Shown here one piece after another: positions 48,998-58,886 of a stretch of DNA of 64,000 nucleotides. The notes beneath the pieces are model-generated. The model worked only from the letters and a program-made list of their open reading frames with translations. It made no database searches and was not told where the DNA came from. Positions within the stretch are counted from its first letter, which is position 1, and every line of letters starts with the position of its first letter. Origin of the DNA: Gemmatimonadota bacterium (GTDB lineage Bacteria > Gemmatimonadota > Gemmatimonadetes > Gemmatimonadales > GWC2-71-9); contig JBBIUN010000011.1 of NCBI GenBank assembly GCA_037440225.1, forward strand, positions 20,979 to 84,978, in the 5' to 3' direction. The translations under genes were made by a program, and so were the position numbers.

Positions 48998-49112
48998 GCG
49001 CTCCGTTCCTGGGTTGAATCCTCCACCGCCTTCATCTCCTCGGCCCATCCAGCGCCCGCTGGACACCCAGCCGAGGATCCGGCGATGTGCGTTGAGTCCT
49101 GCGCGTTCTGCC

Positions 49113-49140
49113 TCCGCCCACCCCCGGGGCGGATGGGCGG
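49113..49140 (-). terminator. GC-rich hairpin downstream of rpsI (possible terminator, no U-tract)
   Basis: TCCGCCC (49113-49119) pairs with GGGCGGA (49127-49133). An alternative pairing is CCGCCCA/TGGGCGG. It lies 8-35 nt after the rpsI stop. Confidence 0.25.
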
Positions 49141-49147
49141 GCCTCCC

Positions 49148-49552
49148 TTAGCGCTTGCTGAACTGGAACCGCTTGCGGGCCCCGGGGCGCCCCGGCTTCT
49201 TCCGCTCTACCGCCCGCGGATCCCGGGTGAGCATGCCCTGTTCCCGCAACTTGCGCCGGTGCGTCTCGTCCGCTCCCACCAGCGCCCGGGCCACGGCCAA
49301 CCTGAGCGCCCCGGCTTGCCCCGTAAGCCCACCCCCCTCCACCCGAGCCCGCACGTCAAAGGCGCCCAGCGTGTCCGTCACCGCAAAGGGCTCCTGAATA
49401 TGCTGCACCAGCGAGCGCCGCGGGAAATAATCGCCCAGGGTCCGCCCGTTGATATCCCACTTGCCCGAGCCCGGCGTCAAATACACCCGCGCCACCGCCG
49501 TCTTGCGGCGCCCCACCGCGTGCCAGCGCAGCTCCGGATGGGTCACCGTCAT
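49148..49552 (-). CDS. rpsI: 30S ribosomal protein S9
   Basis: 134 aa. [10 protein letters not shown] and the C-terminus [21 protein letters not shown] overlap with rplM. Confidence 0.95.
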   Translation of the reverse strand: MTVTHPELRWHAVGRRKTAVARVYLTPGSGKWDINGRTLGDYFPRRSLVQHIQEPFAVTDTLGAFDVRARVEGGGLTGQAGALRLAVARALVGADETHRRKLREQGMLTRDPRAVERKKPGRPGARKRFQFSKR

Positions 49553-50004
49553 GCCGCCCCCCCAGCGCCTTTGCGCACCACCACCGGAACCGGCTGCTGG
49601 GCCGCGTGCGGGTGCTCCGGCCCGGCGTACACCTTGAGCTTTCGCCGCAGCGCCTGCCGGCCCAAGGTGGTCTTGGGCAGCATGCCGAAAACCGCATGCT
49701 CGATCACCCGCTCCGGCCGCGTGGCGAGCACCTTGGCCACCGGAGTGAAGCGCTCGTGTCCCATGTACCCGCTGTGCCTGAAATACTGCTTCCGCTCCAG
49801 CTTGCGGCCCGTGAGCCGCACCTTGCTGGCATTGACCACCACCACGAAGTCGCCCCCATCCATGTGCGGCGTGAAGTCCGGCTTGTGCTTGCCGCGGATC
49901 AGTTGCGCCACCGCGCTGGCCAGCCTGCCCAGGGGCACGCCCTGCGCATCCACCAGGTACCAGCGGCGCCTGATCCCATCAGGGGTGAGAGTGTAAGTTT
50001 TCAT
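49549..50004 (-). CDS. rplM: 50S ribosomal protein L13
   Basis: The track ORF is trimmed to the ATG at 50004. [43 protein letters not shown]. Confidence 0.95.
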   Translation of the reverse strand: MKTYTLTPDGIRRRWYLVDAQGVPLGRLASAVAQLIRGKHKPDFTPHMDGGDFVVVVNASKVRLTGRKLERKQYFRHSGYMGHERFTPVAKVLATRPERVIEHAVFGMLPKTTLGRQALRRKLKVYAGPEHPHAAQQPVPVVVRKGAGGAA

Positions 50005-50071
50005 GAGTCCCGTATCCCGCTCCACCAACCAGGCCGGCATAAGTCAGCGTGGTAAAATTGCACAGACGCTT

Positions 50072-50100
50072 ATGTTAGCCGCAGCCTTACGGGCGGTCAA
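50072..50100 (-). promoter_or_regulatory. candidate rplM-rpsI promoter (TTGACC-N17-TAACAT)
   Basis: On the minus strand: -35 at 50100-50095 (overlapping the upstream gene's stop), -10 at 50077-50072. Confidence 0.5.
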
Positions 50101-50600
50101 CCCTCCGTGCCGAGTTCCACCAGGGGACTGCCCTTTTCTACGGTCTCGCCCGCTTTCACCAGCACCGCCTTCACCCGCCCCGCCCCTGGAGCGCGAATCT
50201 CGTTTTCCATCTTCATCGCCTCCAGCACCACGAGCCCGCTGCCCGGCGCCACCGGCTGGCCCACCTCCACCTCCACCCTGAGTACCAGTCCCGGCATGGG
50301 AGCCCGCACCAGCCCGGCACCCTCGCCCCGCCGTGCCGGGGCTTCGACCGCACGCACGAGTTGGCTCCGCTCATCGCGCACTTCCGCCACCCAGACCTCG
50401 CCACCCCGCTGTACCAGCCACCCCTCCGGCTGGCGGACCAAGACCAAGGTTGCGCACCGAGCGCCGCAGCGCAGTTGGTACAACGGGGTCCCGGGGACCT
50501 GCTCCAGCGAGGCGGCCAGCACCCGTCCCCCGATCCGCACTTCCGATCCACGGACGTCCAGCGCCAGCTCGCGGCCAGCCAGGCGGACCACGTATCTCAT
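50097..50600 (-). CDS. biotinyl (biotin carboxyl carrier) domain protein of an acyl-CoA carboxylase
   Basis: 167 aa. The C-terminal biotinyl domain has the canonical EAMKME attachment motif. The N-terminal ~95 aa are unassigned. ATGA-type overlap with the upstream methyltransferase. Confidence 0.85.
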   Translation of the reverse strand: MRYVVRLAGRELALDVRGSEVRIGGRVLAASLEQVPGTPLYQLRCGARCATLVLVRQPEGWLVQRGGEVWVAEVRDERSQLVRAVEAPARRGEGAGLVRAPMPGLVLRVEVEVGQPVAPGSGLVVLEAMKMENEIRAPGAGRVKAVLVKAGETVEKGSPLVELGTEG

Positions 50601-51820
50601 GACCGCGTAAGCAGCGCCAGCACCTCGACGTGGCTGGTCTGCGGAAACAGATCGTAGGCCGTAAGCCGCTCCACCTGGAAAGTCCCGAGCCGGGCCACGT
50701 CGCGCGCCAGCGTGGCGGGATCACAGGAGATGTACGCAAGGCGCGCTCCCGGGCGGCGCGCGCCCCATGCTTCGAGGGCGGCGCTCACCCGCGGCGCCAA
50801 CCCCGCCCGCGGCGGGTTGGCCACCACCAAGTCGGGCTCGGGCAACCGGTGCAGGGTCTCCTCGACCCGGCCCTCCAGGAACGTGATCGAGCCGGCCTGC
50901 CCGCCGTGCTGCCGCGCCCAGCGGATAGCGCTCGCGTCCGCATCCACGCTGAAGACCCGGGCGCCCGAAGCCGCGAGCAGGCGCGCCGCGTCTCCCACGC
51001 CGCCGTAGAGATCCCACACGACCGCGCCAACCATCCTGCCTAGGCCCTCGATCGCCTCCCGCCGGATTTGCTGGGCCAGCTCGGGGTTGCTCTGCTCGAA
51101 CGCCAGGGCCGGAAAGCCGGGACGCGCTCCGGCCACGACGCGCGCCGCACCGCCCGCGGGCTGCCACCACAGGCTCACCGCCTCTCCTCCCAGCGCGGTG
51201 CTCAACGGGCCGGTATCCCACGGCTCCGCACCCGCCCTCACGACCACGTGAACTCCGCCCTCACGGTCCTCCCGCAAGACCAGCTCGGTAAGCGACTGCG
51301 GCAGGAGCCCCCGGTGGAGTGGCATCGCCGCCCAGACCTGCATGAGGCGCGGCCGGGCAATGTGACAGTCCTCCAGATCGAAGACCCGGTTCGGGGCGTG
51401 GTACGGATGGAGCCCCAGCCTGCCGCCTGCGGCGTGGAGGGTGAGTTTGGCCCGATACCGCCAGGCGGAAGGCGCGGGGACGATCTCCGGATCTTCGATC
51501 TCGAGGTGCCCAATGCGCCGCAAGGCGTCGCCCACGATGGCCCGCTTGGCCCGAAGCTGAGCCGCGTGCGAGAGATGCTGCCACTGGCATCCGCCGCACC
51601 GATCGCGCTCGTAATGGGGGCATCGCGGCTCGACGCGGGCCGGCCCGGGCCGTATCAGCCGAACCACCCGCCCGCGCGCGTAGCGGCGCCGGCGCTCGGT
51701 GACTTCGATCTCCACTTCGTCGCCGGGGGCGCTCCGGGGAACGAAGACCACCATCCCATCCGGGAGCCTCCCCACCCCCTCCCCACCGGCGGCGACCCGG
51801 GTGATGGCCACCAGGGTCAC
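50597..51820 (-). CDS. RumA/TrmA-family RNA (uracil-5-)-methyltransferase with TRAM domain and Fe-S Cys cluster
   Basis: 407 aa. TRAM-like N-terminus (GEGVGRLPDGMVVFVPRSAPGDEVEIEV), CPHYERDRCGGCQWQH, SAM motif DLYGGVGD, catalytic ISCDPATLARD. Confidence 0.87.
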   Translation of the reverse strand: MTLVAITRVAAGGEGVGRLPDGMVVFVPRSAPGDEVEIEVTERRRRYARGRVVRLIRPGPARVEPRCPHYERDRCGGCQWQHLSHAAQLRAKRAIVGDALRRIGHLEIEDPEIVPAPSAWRYRAKLTLHAAGGRLGLHPYHAPNRVFDLEDCHIARPRLMQVWAAMPLHRGLLPQSLTELVLREDREGGVHVVVRAGAEPWDTGPLSTALGGEAVSLWWQPAGGAARVVAGARPGFPALAFEQSNPELAQQIRREAIEGLGRMVGAVVWDLYGGVGDAARLLAASGARVFSVDADASAIRWARQHGGQAGSITFLEGRVEETLHRLPEPDLVVANPPRAGLAPRVSAALEAWGARRPGARLAYISCDPATLARDVARLGTFQVERLTAYDLFPQTSHVEVLALLTRS

Positions 51821-53316
51821 CGCAGCCCTTCCCGGCGCGCCGCGTCGAGCCAGCCCCTGGCGCCGGAAGCCGCTCGCACCGCGTGGCCCGCCGCAGCCGG
51901 TCGCTCCACGGTTGCTTCCGCCAGAGCCACCGCCACCGCCAGCAGCTCCAGCTCGGCGGGGTCGGCGGCGGTCTCGCGCAATCGGGCCCCGGACCGTTCC
52001 AAGTAGCTCACGTCGTACTCCCCGCTCTGGAACTCCGGATCAGCCAGCACTCGGCGGTGCAAGGGCTGGGAGGTACGGACGCCCACCACGATCAATTCGT
52101 CCAGCGCCCGCGCCATGCGGCGGAGGGCTTCTTGGCGGGTCTCGGCCCACACGATCAACTTGGCCAGGAGCGGGTCGTAGTAGAGGCTCACCTCCGTGCC
52201 GGCCTCGATGCCGCCGTCCCACCGCACGCCCGGCCCGGCCGGCACGCGCAGGAACTCCACCCGCCCGGTGCTCGGCAGGAAGCCTTGCAGCGGATCCTCG
52301 CTGGTCAGCCGGCACTCGATGGCGTGCCCCCGCGGTGCCGGCGGCCGGCGGAACGGCAACGCTTGCCCGGCGGCGATACGAAGCTGCTGCCGCACCAGGT
52401 CCACCCCGTACACCAGCTCGGTCACGGGATGTTCCACCTGAATCCGGGTATTCATTTCCAGGAAGTAGAACTCCCCGGACGGCGCGAGCAGGAACTCGAC
52501 GGTGCCCGCGCTCTGGTAGCCGACCGCGCGAGCGGCTTGCATCGCGGCCTCGCCCATGGCCTGCCGCAGCGCCGGCGAGACGGCGGGCGAGGGAGCTTCT
52601 TCGATCAGCTTCTGGTGCCGCCTTTGGATGGAGCATTCACGCTCGCCCACGTGCGTCACCGCGCCGTACCGATCGGCCAGGATCTGCACCTCCACGTGGC
52701 GGGGGCGCTCGATCAGCTTCTCGAGATAGAGCGACCCGTCGCCAAAGGCGGAACGAGCTTCCGAGCTGGCCTGGCGGAACAGTTCCCGGACCTCGCTCGC
52801 CGAGTTGGCGCGGCGCATGCCACGCCCTCCGCCCCCGGCTGCCGCCTTGAGCATGACCGGGTAGCCTAGGGCGTCCGCTTGCCGTACCGCCGCCTCCGCG
52901 TCCTCCACCGGCTCGGTGGTGCCCGGCACGATGGGCACGCCCGCGCCCGCCATCAGCCGCCGCGCCGCCGTCTTCTCGCCCATCGCCCGGATGGCTTGAG
53001 CCGGGGGGCCCACGAACTGCAAGCCGGCGCCCGCCACCGCCTCGGCAAACTCCCCCCGCTCGGCGAGAAAGCCGTACCCCGGGTGCACCGCATCGGCTCC
53101 GGTGCGCCGCGCCGCGTCCAGCAGCCGCTCGATGTGGAGGTAGGACTCCGCGGCCGGTGCCGGCCCGATCGGAACCGCGGCGTCCGCCGCGCGCACGTGA
53201 GGGCTCAACCGGTCGGCGTCGGAATAGACCGCCACGGCTTCCAAGCCCTCCTCGTGACAGGCCCGGATGATCCGCAGGGCGATCTCACCGCGATTGGCGA
53301 CCAGCACCCGTTGCAT
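51817..53316 (-). CDS. accC: acyl-CoA (acetyl/propionyl) carboxylase biotin carboxylase subunit
   Basis: The track ORF is trimmed to the ATG at 53316. MQRVLVANRGEIALRIIRA, ATP-grasp GGGGRGMR, EMNTRIQVEHPVTE. It carries ~50 extra C-terminal residues relative to a ~450-aa AccC. Confidence 0.93.
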   Translation of the reverse strand: MQRVLVANRGEIALRIIRACHEEGLEAVAVYSDADRLSPHVRAADAAVPIGPAPAAESYLHIERLLDAARRTGADAVHPGYGFLAERGEFAEAVAGAGLQFVGPPAQAIRAMGEKTAARRLMAGAGVPIVPGTTEPVEDAEAAVRQADALGYPVMLKAAAGGGGRGMRRANSASEVRELFRQASSEARSAFGDGSLYLEKLIERPRHVEVQILADRYGAVTHVGERECSIQRRHQKLIEEAPSPAVSPALRQAMGEAAMQAARAVGYQSAGTVEFLLAPSGEFYFLEMNTRIQVEHPVTELVYGVDLVRQQLRIAAGQALPFRRPPAPRGHAIECRLTSEDPLQGFLPSTGRVEFLRVPAGPGVRWDGGIEAGTEVSLYYDPLLAKLIVWAETRQEALRRMARALDELIVVGVRTSQPLHRRVLADPEFQSGEYDVSYLERSGARLRETAADPAELELLAVAVALAEATVERPAAAGHAVRAASGARGWLDAARREGLR

Positions 53317-53441
53317 CGGGTTCGAAACCGCCTCCGCTCCGGGCGGGCCGTTAGCCCACCGCCCCACCACCGGCAGTCGGCTTCGGGCGAGCGCTCCGGC
53401 CTGGTGCCTCCCCTGCCGCTCCCCCCCATGGCCCCGGGCCG

Positions 53442-53483
53442 CCGGCGGGATGCCTTGCCGGTCCGGCGGGATGCCTTGCCGGT
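53442..53483. repeat. perfect tandem duplication of a 21-bp unit (CCGGCGGGATGCCTTGCCGGT x2)
   Basis: The copies at 53442-53462 and 53463-53483 are identical and directly abut the pccB stop codon (53484-53486). Each unit contains CCGGC...GCCGG self-complementarity. Confidence 0.85.
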
Positions 53484-55034
53484 TTAGAGAGGGATGTTGC
53501 CATGCTTCTTGGGTGGATTCTTGTCGCGCTTGGTGAGCAGCGTGCGGAGGGCGGAAACCAGTCTGGGCCGCGTCTCCCGCGGATCAATGACGTCGTCCAG
53601 GTACCCCCGCGCCGCCGCTTGGTAGGGGTGAGCGAATTTTTCCCGGTACTCCTGCACCAGCTCCTCGAGCCGGGCTTGGGGATCGGCGGCGGCCTCGAGT
53701 TCCCGCCGGAAGAGAATCTCCACCGCCCCCTTGGGACCCATGACGGCGATCTCGGCGGTGGGCCACGCCAGGTTCACGTCGCCCCGCACATGCTTGGAAC
53801 TCATCACGTCGTAGGCCCCGCCATACGCCTTGCGCGTGATGACGGTGAGCTTGGGTACGGTGGCTTCGGCGTAGGCGTACAGCAGCTTGGCTCCGTGCTT
53901 GATGATCCCGCCGTGCTCTTGATCCACGCCCGGCAAAAAGCCGGGGACGTCTTCGAAGGTGACCAGCGGAATGTTGAAGGCGTCGCAGAATCGAATGAAC
54001 CGCGCCCCCTTGAGCGAAGCCTTGATGTCGAGCACGCCGGCGAGCACCGCGGGCTGATTGGCGATCACGCCCACCGGATGGCCCCCGAGCCGCGCGAATC
54101 CCACGATCAGATTGGCGGCATAGTCCCGGTGCACTTCCAGCAGCTCGCCGTCGTCCACCACCCGGCGCACCACCTCGTGCATGTCGTAGGGTTTGTTGGG
54201 ATTGTCGGGTACCACCTCCAGCAGCGCGTCGTCACGGCGGTCCGCGGGATCGGTGGGCGTCCGGACCGGGGGATCGTCCAGGTTGTTGGACGGGATGAAG
54301 CTCAGCAGGCGGCGGACGGCGGCCAGGCAGTCCGGTTCCGAGTCGTGTACGAAGTGCGCCACGCCGGAGATCGAGCCATGGACGTCGGCCCCGCCGAGCT
54401 GTTCGGGGGTGACATCTTCATGCGTGACCGTCTTCACCACGTTGGGACCGGTCACGAACATGTAGGAGATGCCGCGCACCATGAACACGAAATCCGTGAT
54501 GGCGGGACTGTACACCGCCCCGCCGGCGCACGGGCCCAAGATGGCGCTGATCTGGGGTATGACGCCCGAGGCCAGGGTGTTGCGCAGGAAGATGTCGGCG
54601 TAGCCCCCCAGCGAAACCACCCCTTCCTGGATGCGGGCCCCGCCGGAGTCGTTCAGTCCGATGACGGGGGCTCCCACCCGCATGGCGGTGTCCATGATCT
54701 TGCAGATCTTCTGGGCGTGGGCTTCGGCCAGCGAGCCGCCGAAGACCGTGAAGTCTTGGGCGAAGACGTACACTAGGCGCCCGTCAATGGTCCCGTATCC
54801 GGTCACCACGCCATCGCCCAAGATTTTCTGCTCCGCCAGGCCGAAATCGGTGCTGCGGTGGGTGACGAAGCGGTCTTGTTCGACGAAGGAGCCGGGGTCC
54901 AGGAGCAGGTGCAGCCGTTCGCGGGCGGTGAGCTTTCCCCTGGCGTGCTGCGCCTCGATGCGTTCCGGGCCCCCGCCGAGTTCGGACTGCCGGCGGAGCC
55001 GCTCCAGCAGCTCCCGCTGGGCTTCCCGGCTCAC
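53484..55034 (-). CDS. pccB: acyl-CoA carboxylase carboxyltransferase subunit (PccB / methylmalonyl-CoA carboxyltransferase family)
   Basis: Carboxyl_trans family ([42 protein letters not shown]). Start is set to GTG 55034; the track start 55187 would overlap the rpsA 3' end by 83 nt. Confidence 0.9.
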   Translation of the reverse strand: MSREAQRELLERLRRQSELGGGPERIEAQHARGKLTARERLHLLLDPGSFVEQDRFVTHRSTDFGLAEQKILGDGVVTGYGTIDGRLVYVFAQDFTVFGGSLAEAHAQKICKIMDTAMRVGAPVIGLNDSGGARIQEGVVSLGGYADIFLRNTLASGVIPQISAILGPCAGGAVYSPAITDFVFMVRGISYMFVTGPNVVKTVTHEDVTPEQLGGADVHGSISGVAHFVHDSEPDCLAAVRRLLSFIPSNNLDDPPVRTPTDPADRRDDALLEVVPDNPNKPYDMHEVVRRVVDDGELLEVHRDYAANLIVGFARLGGHPVGVIANQPAVLAGVLDIKASLKGARFIRFCDAFNIPLVTFEDVPGFLPGVDQEHGGIIKHGAKLLYAYAEATVPKLTVITRKAYGGAYDVMSSKHVRGDVNLAWPTAEIAVMGPKGAVEILFRRELEAAADPQARLEELVQEYREKFAHPYQAAARGYLDDVIDPRETRPRLVSALRTLLTKRDKNPPKKHGNIPL

Positions 55035-55104
55035 CAGGACGGAGGCACCCGCCGCCGGCGACCGCCCGCGCAGGGCCGCCGGCGGCTGGAGGAGGTGGGC
55101 CGCT

Positions 55105-56829
55105 TCACTCCGCCGAGGTGGTGGGTTGGTCGCCCGCCGGAGCCTCCGCCGCGGCAGCCTCAGCCGGCGGCACCGCCGGAAAGTCAATGATGGCTAACAG
55201 GATGCGGTGATGGATGGGATCTACTTCCAGGACCCGCACGTCCACCGCTTGGCCCTCGTGCACCGCTTGCGCGAGATCCTGATCCGACCCGAGCGGCACC
55301 TGGGCGGCCGGTACAAAACCCTCGATGTCGTTGCCGATGTCCACCACCACCCCGTTGTCCTGAAGCCGCACCACTCGACCCCGAAGCTCGGTGCCCACCG
55401 GATAGGTCTCGCCGATCTTGAGCCAAGGATCTTCGGTGGCCTGCTTGAGGCCCAACGAGATGCGCTTGTTCTCCGGATCGATGTTCAGCACCACGACCTC
55501 GACCGGATCCCCTTTCTTGACCACTTCGGAGGGGTGCTGGACGCGCTTGGTCCACGACATGTCCGAAACGTGCACCAGGCCGTCAATGCCCGGCTCGATC
55601 TCCACGAACGCCCCGAAGGAGGTGAGGTTGCGGACTTTGCCGGTGACCCGCGTCCCCACCGGGTACTTCATGGGCAACACCATCCAGGGATCTTGCTCGG
55701 TTTGCTTCATCCCCAACGAGATTTTCTCTTCGGCAGGATCCACCTTGAGCACCACCGCTTCGATGGTTTCCCCGATGGAAACCACCTTGGACGGGTGCCG
55801 GACGTTGCGGGTCCAGCTCATCTCGCTGATGTGCACCAGGCCTTCGATACCGGGCTCCAGCTCGACGAACGCCCCGTAGTTGGTGATGCTGACCACCTTG
55901 CCCTGCACCCGAGCCCCCACCGGGTACTTCTCGGCCACGTTCTCCCAGGGATACGGATGGAGCTGTTTCAAGCCCAGGGAGATGCGCTCCCGTTCCCAAT
56001 CGATATCCAGCACCTTGACTTCCAGCTCCTGGCCCAGCTGCACGGCCTCCGAGGGATGGGAGACCCGGCCATAGCTCATGTCGGTGATGTGCAAGAGGCC
56101 ATCCACCCCACCCAAATCAATGAACGCCCCGAAGTCGGTGATGTTCTTGACCACCCCTTTGCGCACCTGCCCCACCGCCAGCTCCTTCATCAGGTGCTCG
56201 CGCTTGTGAGCCCGCTCGCTCTCGAGGATGATACGGCGAGAAACGACGATGTTCCGGCGGCGCTTGTTGAGCTTGATGATCTTGAACTCGTAGGTCTGGC
56301 CCAGGAGTTCGTCAATGTTCGGCACCCGGCGCAGGGCGATCTGGCTGCCCGGCAGGAAGGCGTCCACCCCCATCAGATCCACCACCACCCCGCCCTTGAT
56401 CTTCTTGACCAGCGTCCCCTGCACCGGCTGGTCGTTCTCGTACGCCTGGCGGATGCGCTCCCAGACGCGCATGAAATCCGCCTTTTTCTTGGACAACACG
56501 ACGGCGCCGTCTTGATTCTCCAGGTCTTCGAGGAAAACCTCCACCTCGTCGCCCGGCTTGACGCTCTGCGGATCCTTGAACTCCTCGATGGGAACCGCTC
56601 CCTCCGACTTGAAGCCCACGTCGAGAATGACGTGCGTGTCCGTGACCCGGAGGACCTTGGACCGGACGATCTCCCCCTCGGCAATGCTCTGCAGGGTGCC
56701 TTCGTAGAGCCGCAGCATCTCCCGATATTGCTCGTCGGAGTACGCTTCGTCGTACAGGTCCGGGCGCACTCTCAGGGAGGAACTTGACGGAGACGACGCG
56801 GCCTGCTCGGGGGACGGTTCAGCCATCAT
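55105..56829 (-). CDS. rpsA: 30S ribosomal protein S1 (six S1 domains)
   Basis: Repeated S1 motifs (G.V...T.FGAFV.., GL.H.S....). Start is at ATG 56829 or 56826 (MMAEPSPEQ); the track start is 56892. Confidence 0.92.
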   Translation of the reverse strand: MMAEPSPEQAASSPSSSSLRVRPDLYDEAYSDEQYREMLRLYEGTLQSIAEGEIVRSKVLRVTDTHVILDVGFKSEGAVPIEEFKDPQSVKPGDEVEVFLEDLENQDGAVVLSKKKADFMRVWERIRQAYENDQPVQGTLVKKIKGGVVVDLMGVDAFLPGSQIALRRVPNIDELLGQTYEFKIIKLNKRRRNIVVSRRIILESERAHKREHLMKELAVGQVRKGVVKNITDFGAFIDLGGVDGLLHITDMSYGRVSHPSEAVQLGQELEVKVLDIDWERERISLGLKQLHPYPWENVAEKYPVGARVQGKVVSITNYGAFVELEPGIEGLVHISEMSWTRNVRHPSKVVSIGETIEAVVLKVDPAEEKISLGMKQTEQDPWMVLPMKYPVGTRVTGKVRNLTSFGAFVEIEPGIDGLVHVSDMSWTKRVQHPSEVVKKGDPVEVVVLNIDPENKRISLGLKQATEDPWLKIGETYPVGTELRGRVVRLQDNGVVVDIGNDIEGFVPAAQVPLGSDQDLAQAVHEGQAVDVRVLEVDPIHHRILLAIIDFPAVPPAEAAAAEAPAGDQPTTSAE

Positions 56830-56904
56830 GTGCAACAGTGACGTCTCATACCGGCTAAAGGGTGAAGGTCGCTCCTCACCGCGAGGAGCCACAAGCCTTT
56901 TATG

Positions 56905-57609
56905 CTAGCCCGCTTGCGGACGGACGTCAAGCGACGCCAAGGCCTGCCGGGCCACCCGCACCACGGCTTCCACCTGCTCGGCAAAGCTCAAGCCGGTGGT
57001 ATCCAGCACCCACGCGTCCGGAGCCGGCTTGAGCGGCGCCACCTCCCGCTCGCTGTCAGCCGCATCTCGCCGGCTCAACGCCTCGGACGCCGCGGCCACG
57101 CTCGCCGGATCCAGGGGCCGGCCGTCCTGAGCCAGGCGCCTTCGGGCCCGCTCCTCCGGCTCGGCCGTCAAGAACACCTTCACCGGCGCCTCGGGAAAGA
57201 CCACGGTCCCGATATCCCGCCCGTCCACCACCACACCACCCGCGTGCCGGCTGGCCGCCTCCCTGAGAGCGGCGTTCACCCACCGGCGAACGGCCGGCAG
57301 CGCCGCCACCGCCGAGACCTTCGCCGTCACCCGTTCCGAGCGGATCGCCACCGAGACATCCACCCCACCCGCTTCCGGCCGGAAATCCTCGCCCACCGGG
57401 ATCAGCCGCACGCGCTGCGCCGCGGCCGCCGCGAGAATGGCTTCGGCGCTCTCGCCCGCCCCAGCGTCCAGCGCCGCCAAGGTCACGGCCCGGTACAGCG
57501 CGCCGCTGTCCAAGTGGGCGAACCCCAAGGCCCGCGCCACCGCGCGCGCCGTGCTGGTCTTGCCCGAGCCCGCCGGCCCGTCAATCGCAATGACCCGGGG
57601 CACTCCCAT
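56905..57609 (-). CDS. cmk: (d)CMP kinase
   Basis: The track ORF is trimmed to the ATG at 57609 (TGATG 1-nt overlap with aroA). IAIDGPAGSGKTSTARAVA..LGF..LDSGALYRA. Confidence 0.92.
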   Translation of the reverse strand: MGVPRVIAIDGPAGSGKTSTARAVARALGFAHLDSGALYRAVTLAALDAGAGESAEAILAAAAAQRVRLIPVGEDFRPEAGGVDVSVAIRSERVTAKVSAVAALPAVRRWVNAALREAASRHAGGVVVDGRDIGTVVFPEAPVKVFLTAEPEERARRRLAQDGRPLDPASVAAASEALSRRDAADSEREVAPLKPAPDAWVLDTTGLSFAEQVEAVVRVARQALASLDVRPQAG

Positions 57610-58886
57610 CAGCCAGCGGTCTTCCCGCGCGAGACCACGGCCCGCAAGTCCTCGAAGAAGCCCGGATAGCTCACCGCCACCGAGTCTTTCTCCGAAAGGC
57701 GGACCCGAGCACCCGGTACCGCCCCCAGCACCGCGAACGCCATGGCCAGCCGGTGATCCCAGGCCGTCTCCACCCGCCCCCTCGGCGGGCGATCCGAACC
57801 CTCGACCCACAAGCTATCCCCCTGGGCTTCCGCGCCCACGCCCACGGCCCGGAGGTTCCTCGCTAGCAGCTCCAGCCGGTTGCTCTCCTTCACCCTCAGT
57901 TCCCCGACCTCCTCGAACACCGAGGTCCCCCGCGCGCGGCTCGCCAGCACGGCGAGCACCGGGATCTCGTCAATCACCGCCGGGACTTCTGCAGCTTCCA
58001 CCCGGCAGGCCTTTAGGTCGGAGGGCCGGACGATCACGTCTCCCACCGGCTCCCCCAACGCGGTCCCCTTGGGGACGATCTCCAAGCGCGCCCCCATGCG
58101 CTGGAGCACGGCCAGCACCCCAGCCCGGGTGGGATTGATGCCCACGTTTTCGAGCAACACGCCCCTCCCACCTGCGATCAGGGCCGCCGCCATGAGAAAC
58201 GCGGCCGAGGAAGGGTCGCCCGGTATGCGCAGGGTGAACGCCGGCAGGCGCTCCACCGGACTGAGCGCAGCCCGGCCGGGACGGTTCACCAGCGGAACGC
58301 CCAGCGCGGCCAGCATCCGCTCGGTGTGGTCCCGCGAGGGCGCAGGCTCGCTGACCCCAACCGGCACCCGTCCGGCCAAGCCTGCCAGCAGCAGGGCGCC
58401 CTTGACTTGGGCGCTGGCCACCGGCATCTGGTAATCCAGCGGGCGCAACGTGCCACCCCGGACCACCAACGGCAGGCCGTCTCCTCTCAGCTCCTCGAAT
58501 CGCGCGCCCATCGCGGCCAGCGGCACGGTGACCCGCCGCATGGGCCGGCGGCGCAACGAGGCATCCCCAGTCAGCCGCACCGCGAACGGATGCGCCGCCA
58601 GCACGCCGAGGAGCAGCCGCGCGGTGGTGCCTGAATTGCCGCAGTGGAGCGCGCGGCGGGGATCAGCCAGCCCCGAAAGCCCGCGGCCGGTTACCGCCAC
58701 CGTGGCGCCGGCGCGGAGGGGCGAGACCGCAACGCCCAGCGCTCTCAAGGCTCGGGCCATGGAGCGCGCATCCAGCGAGGTGAGCGCGTGCGTCAGCTCC
58801 GAGCGACCCTCAGCCAGCGCTGCCAGCACCAAGGCCCGGTGCGTGATGCTCTTGTCCCCGGGCGGCTCGAGCCGTATCAGGCTCAT
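57609..58886 (-). CDS. aroA: 3-phosphoshikimate 1-carboxyvinyltransferase (EPSP synthase)
   Basis: The track ORF is trimmed to the ATG at 58886 (ATGA overlap with tyrA). PGDKSITHRAL, LHCGNSGTTARLL, DHRLAMAF. Confidence 0.93.
   Translation of the reverse strand: MSLIRLEPPGDKSITHRALVLAALAEGRSELTHALTSLDARSMARALRALGVAVSPLRAGATVAVTGRGLSGLADPRRALHCGNSGTTARLLLGVLAAHPFAVRLTGDASLRRRPMRRVTVPLAAMGARFEELRGDGLPLVVRGGTLRPLDYQMPVASAQVKGALLLAGLAGRVPVGVSEPAPSRDHTERMLAALGVPLVNRPGRAALSPVERLPAFTLRIPGDPSSAAFLMAAALIAGGRGVLLENVGINPTRAGVLAVLQRMGARLEIVPKGTALGEPVGDVIVRPSDLKACRVEAAEVPAVIDEIPVLAVLASRARGTSVFEEVGELRVKESNRLELLARNLRAVGVGAEAQGDSLWVEGSDRPPRGRVETAWDHRLAMAFAVLGAVPGARVRLSEKDSVAVSYPGFFEDLRAVVSRGKTAG

Noticed and set aside
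47696-49996. 766-aa plus-strand ORF spanning tsf, rpsB, rpsI and rplM
   Set aside because: It is antisense to four highly conserved translation genes and crosses their intergenic regions. It has no domain-like sequence. It is a GC-driven artefact.
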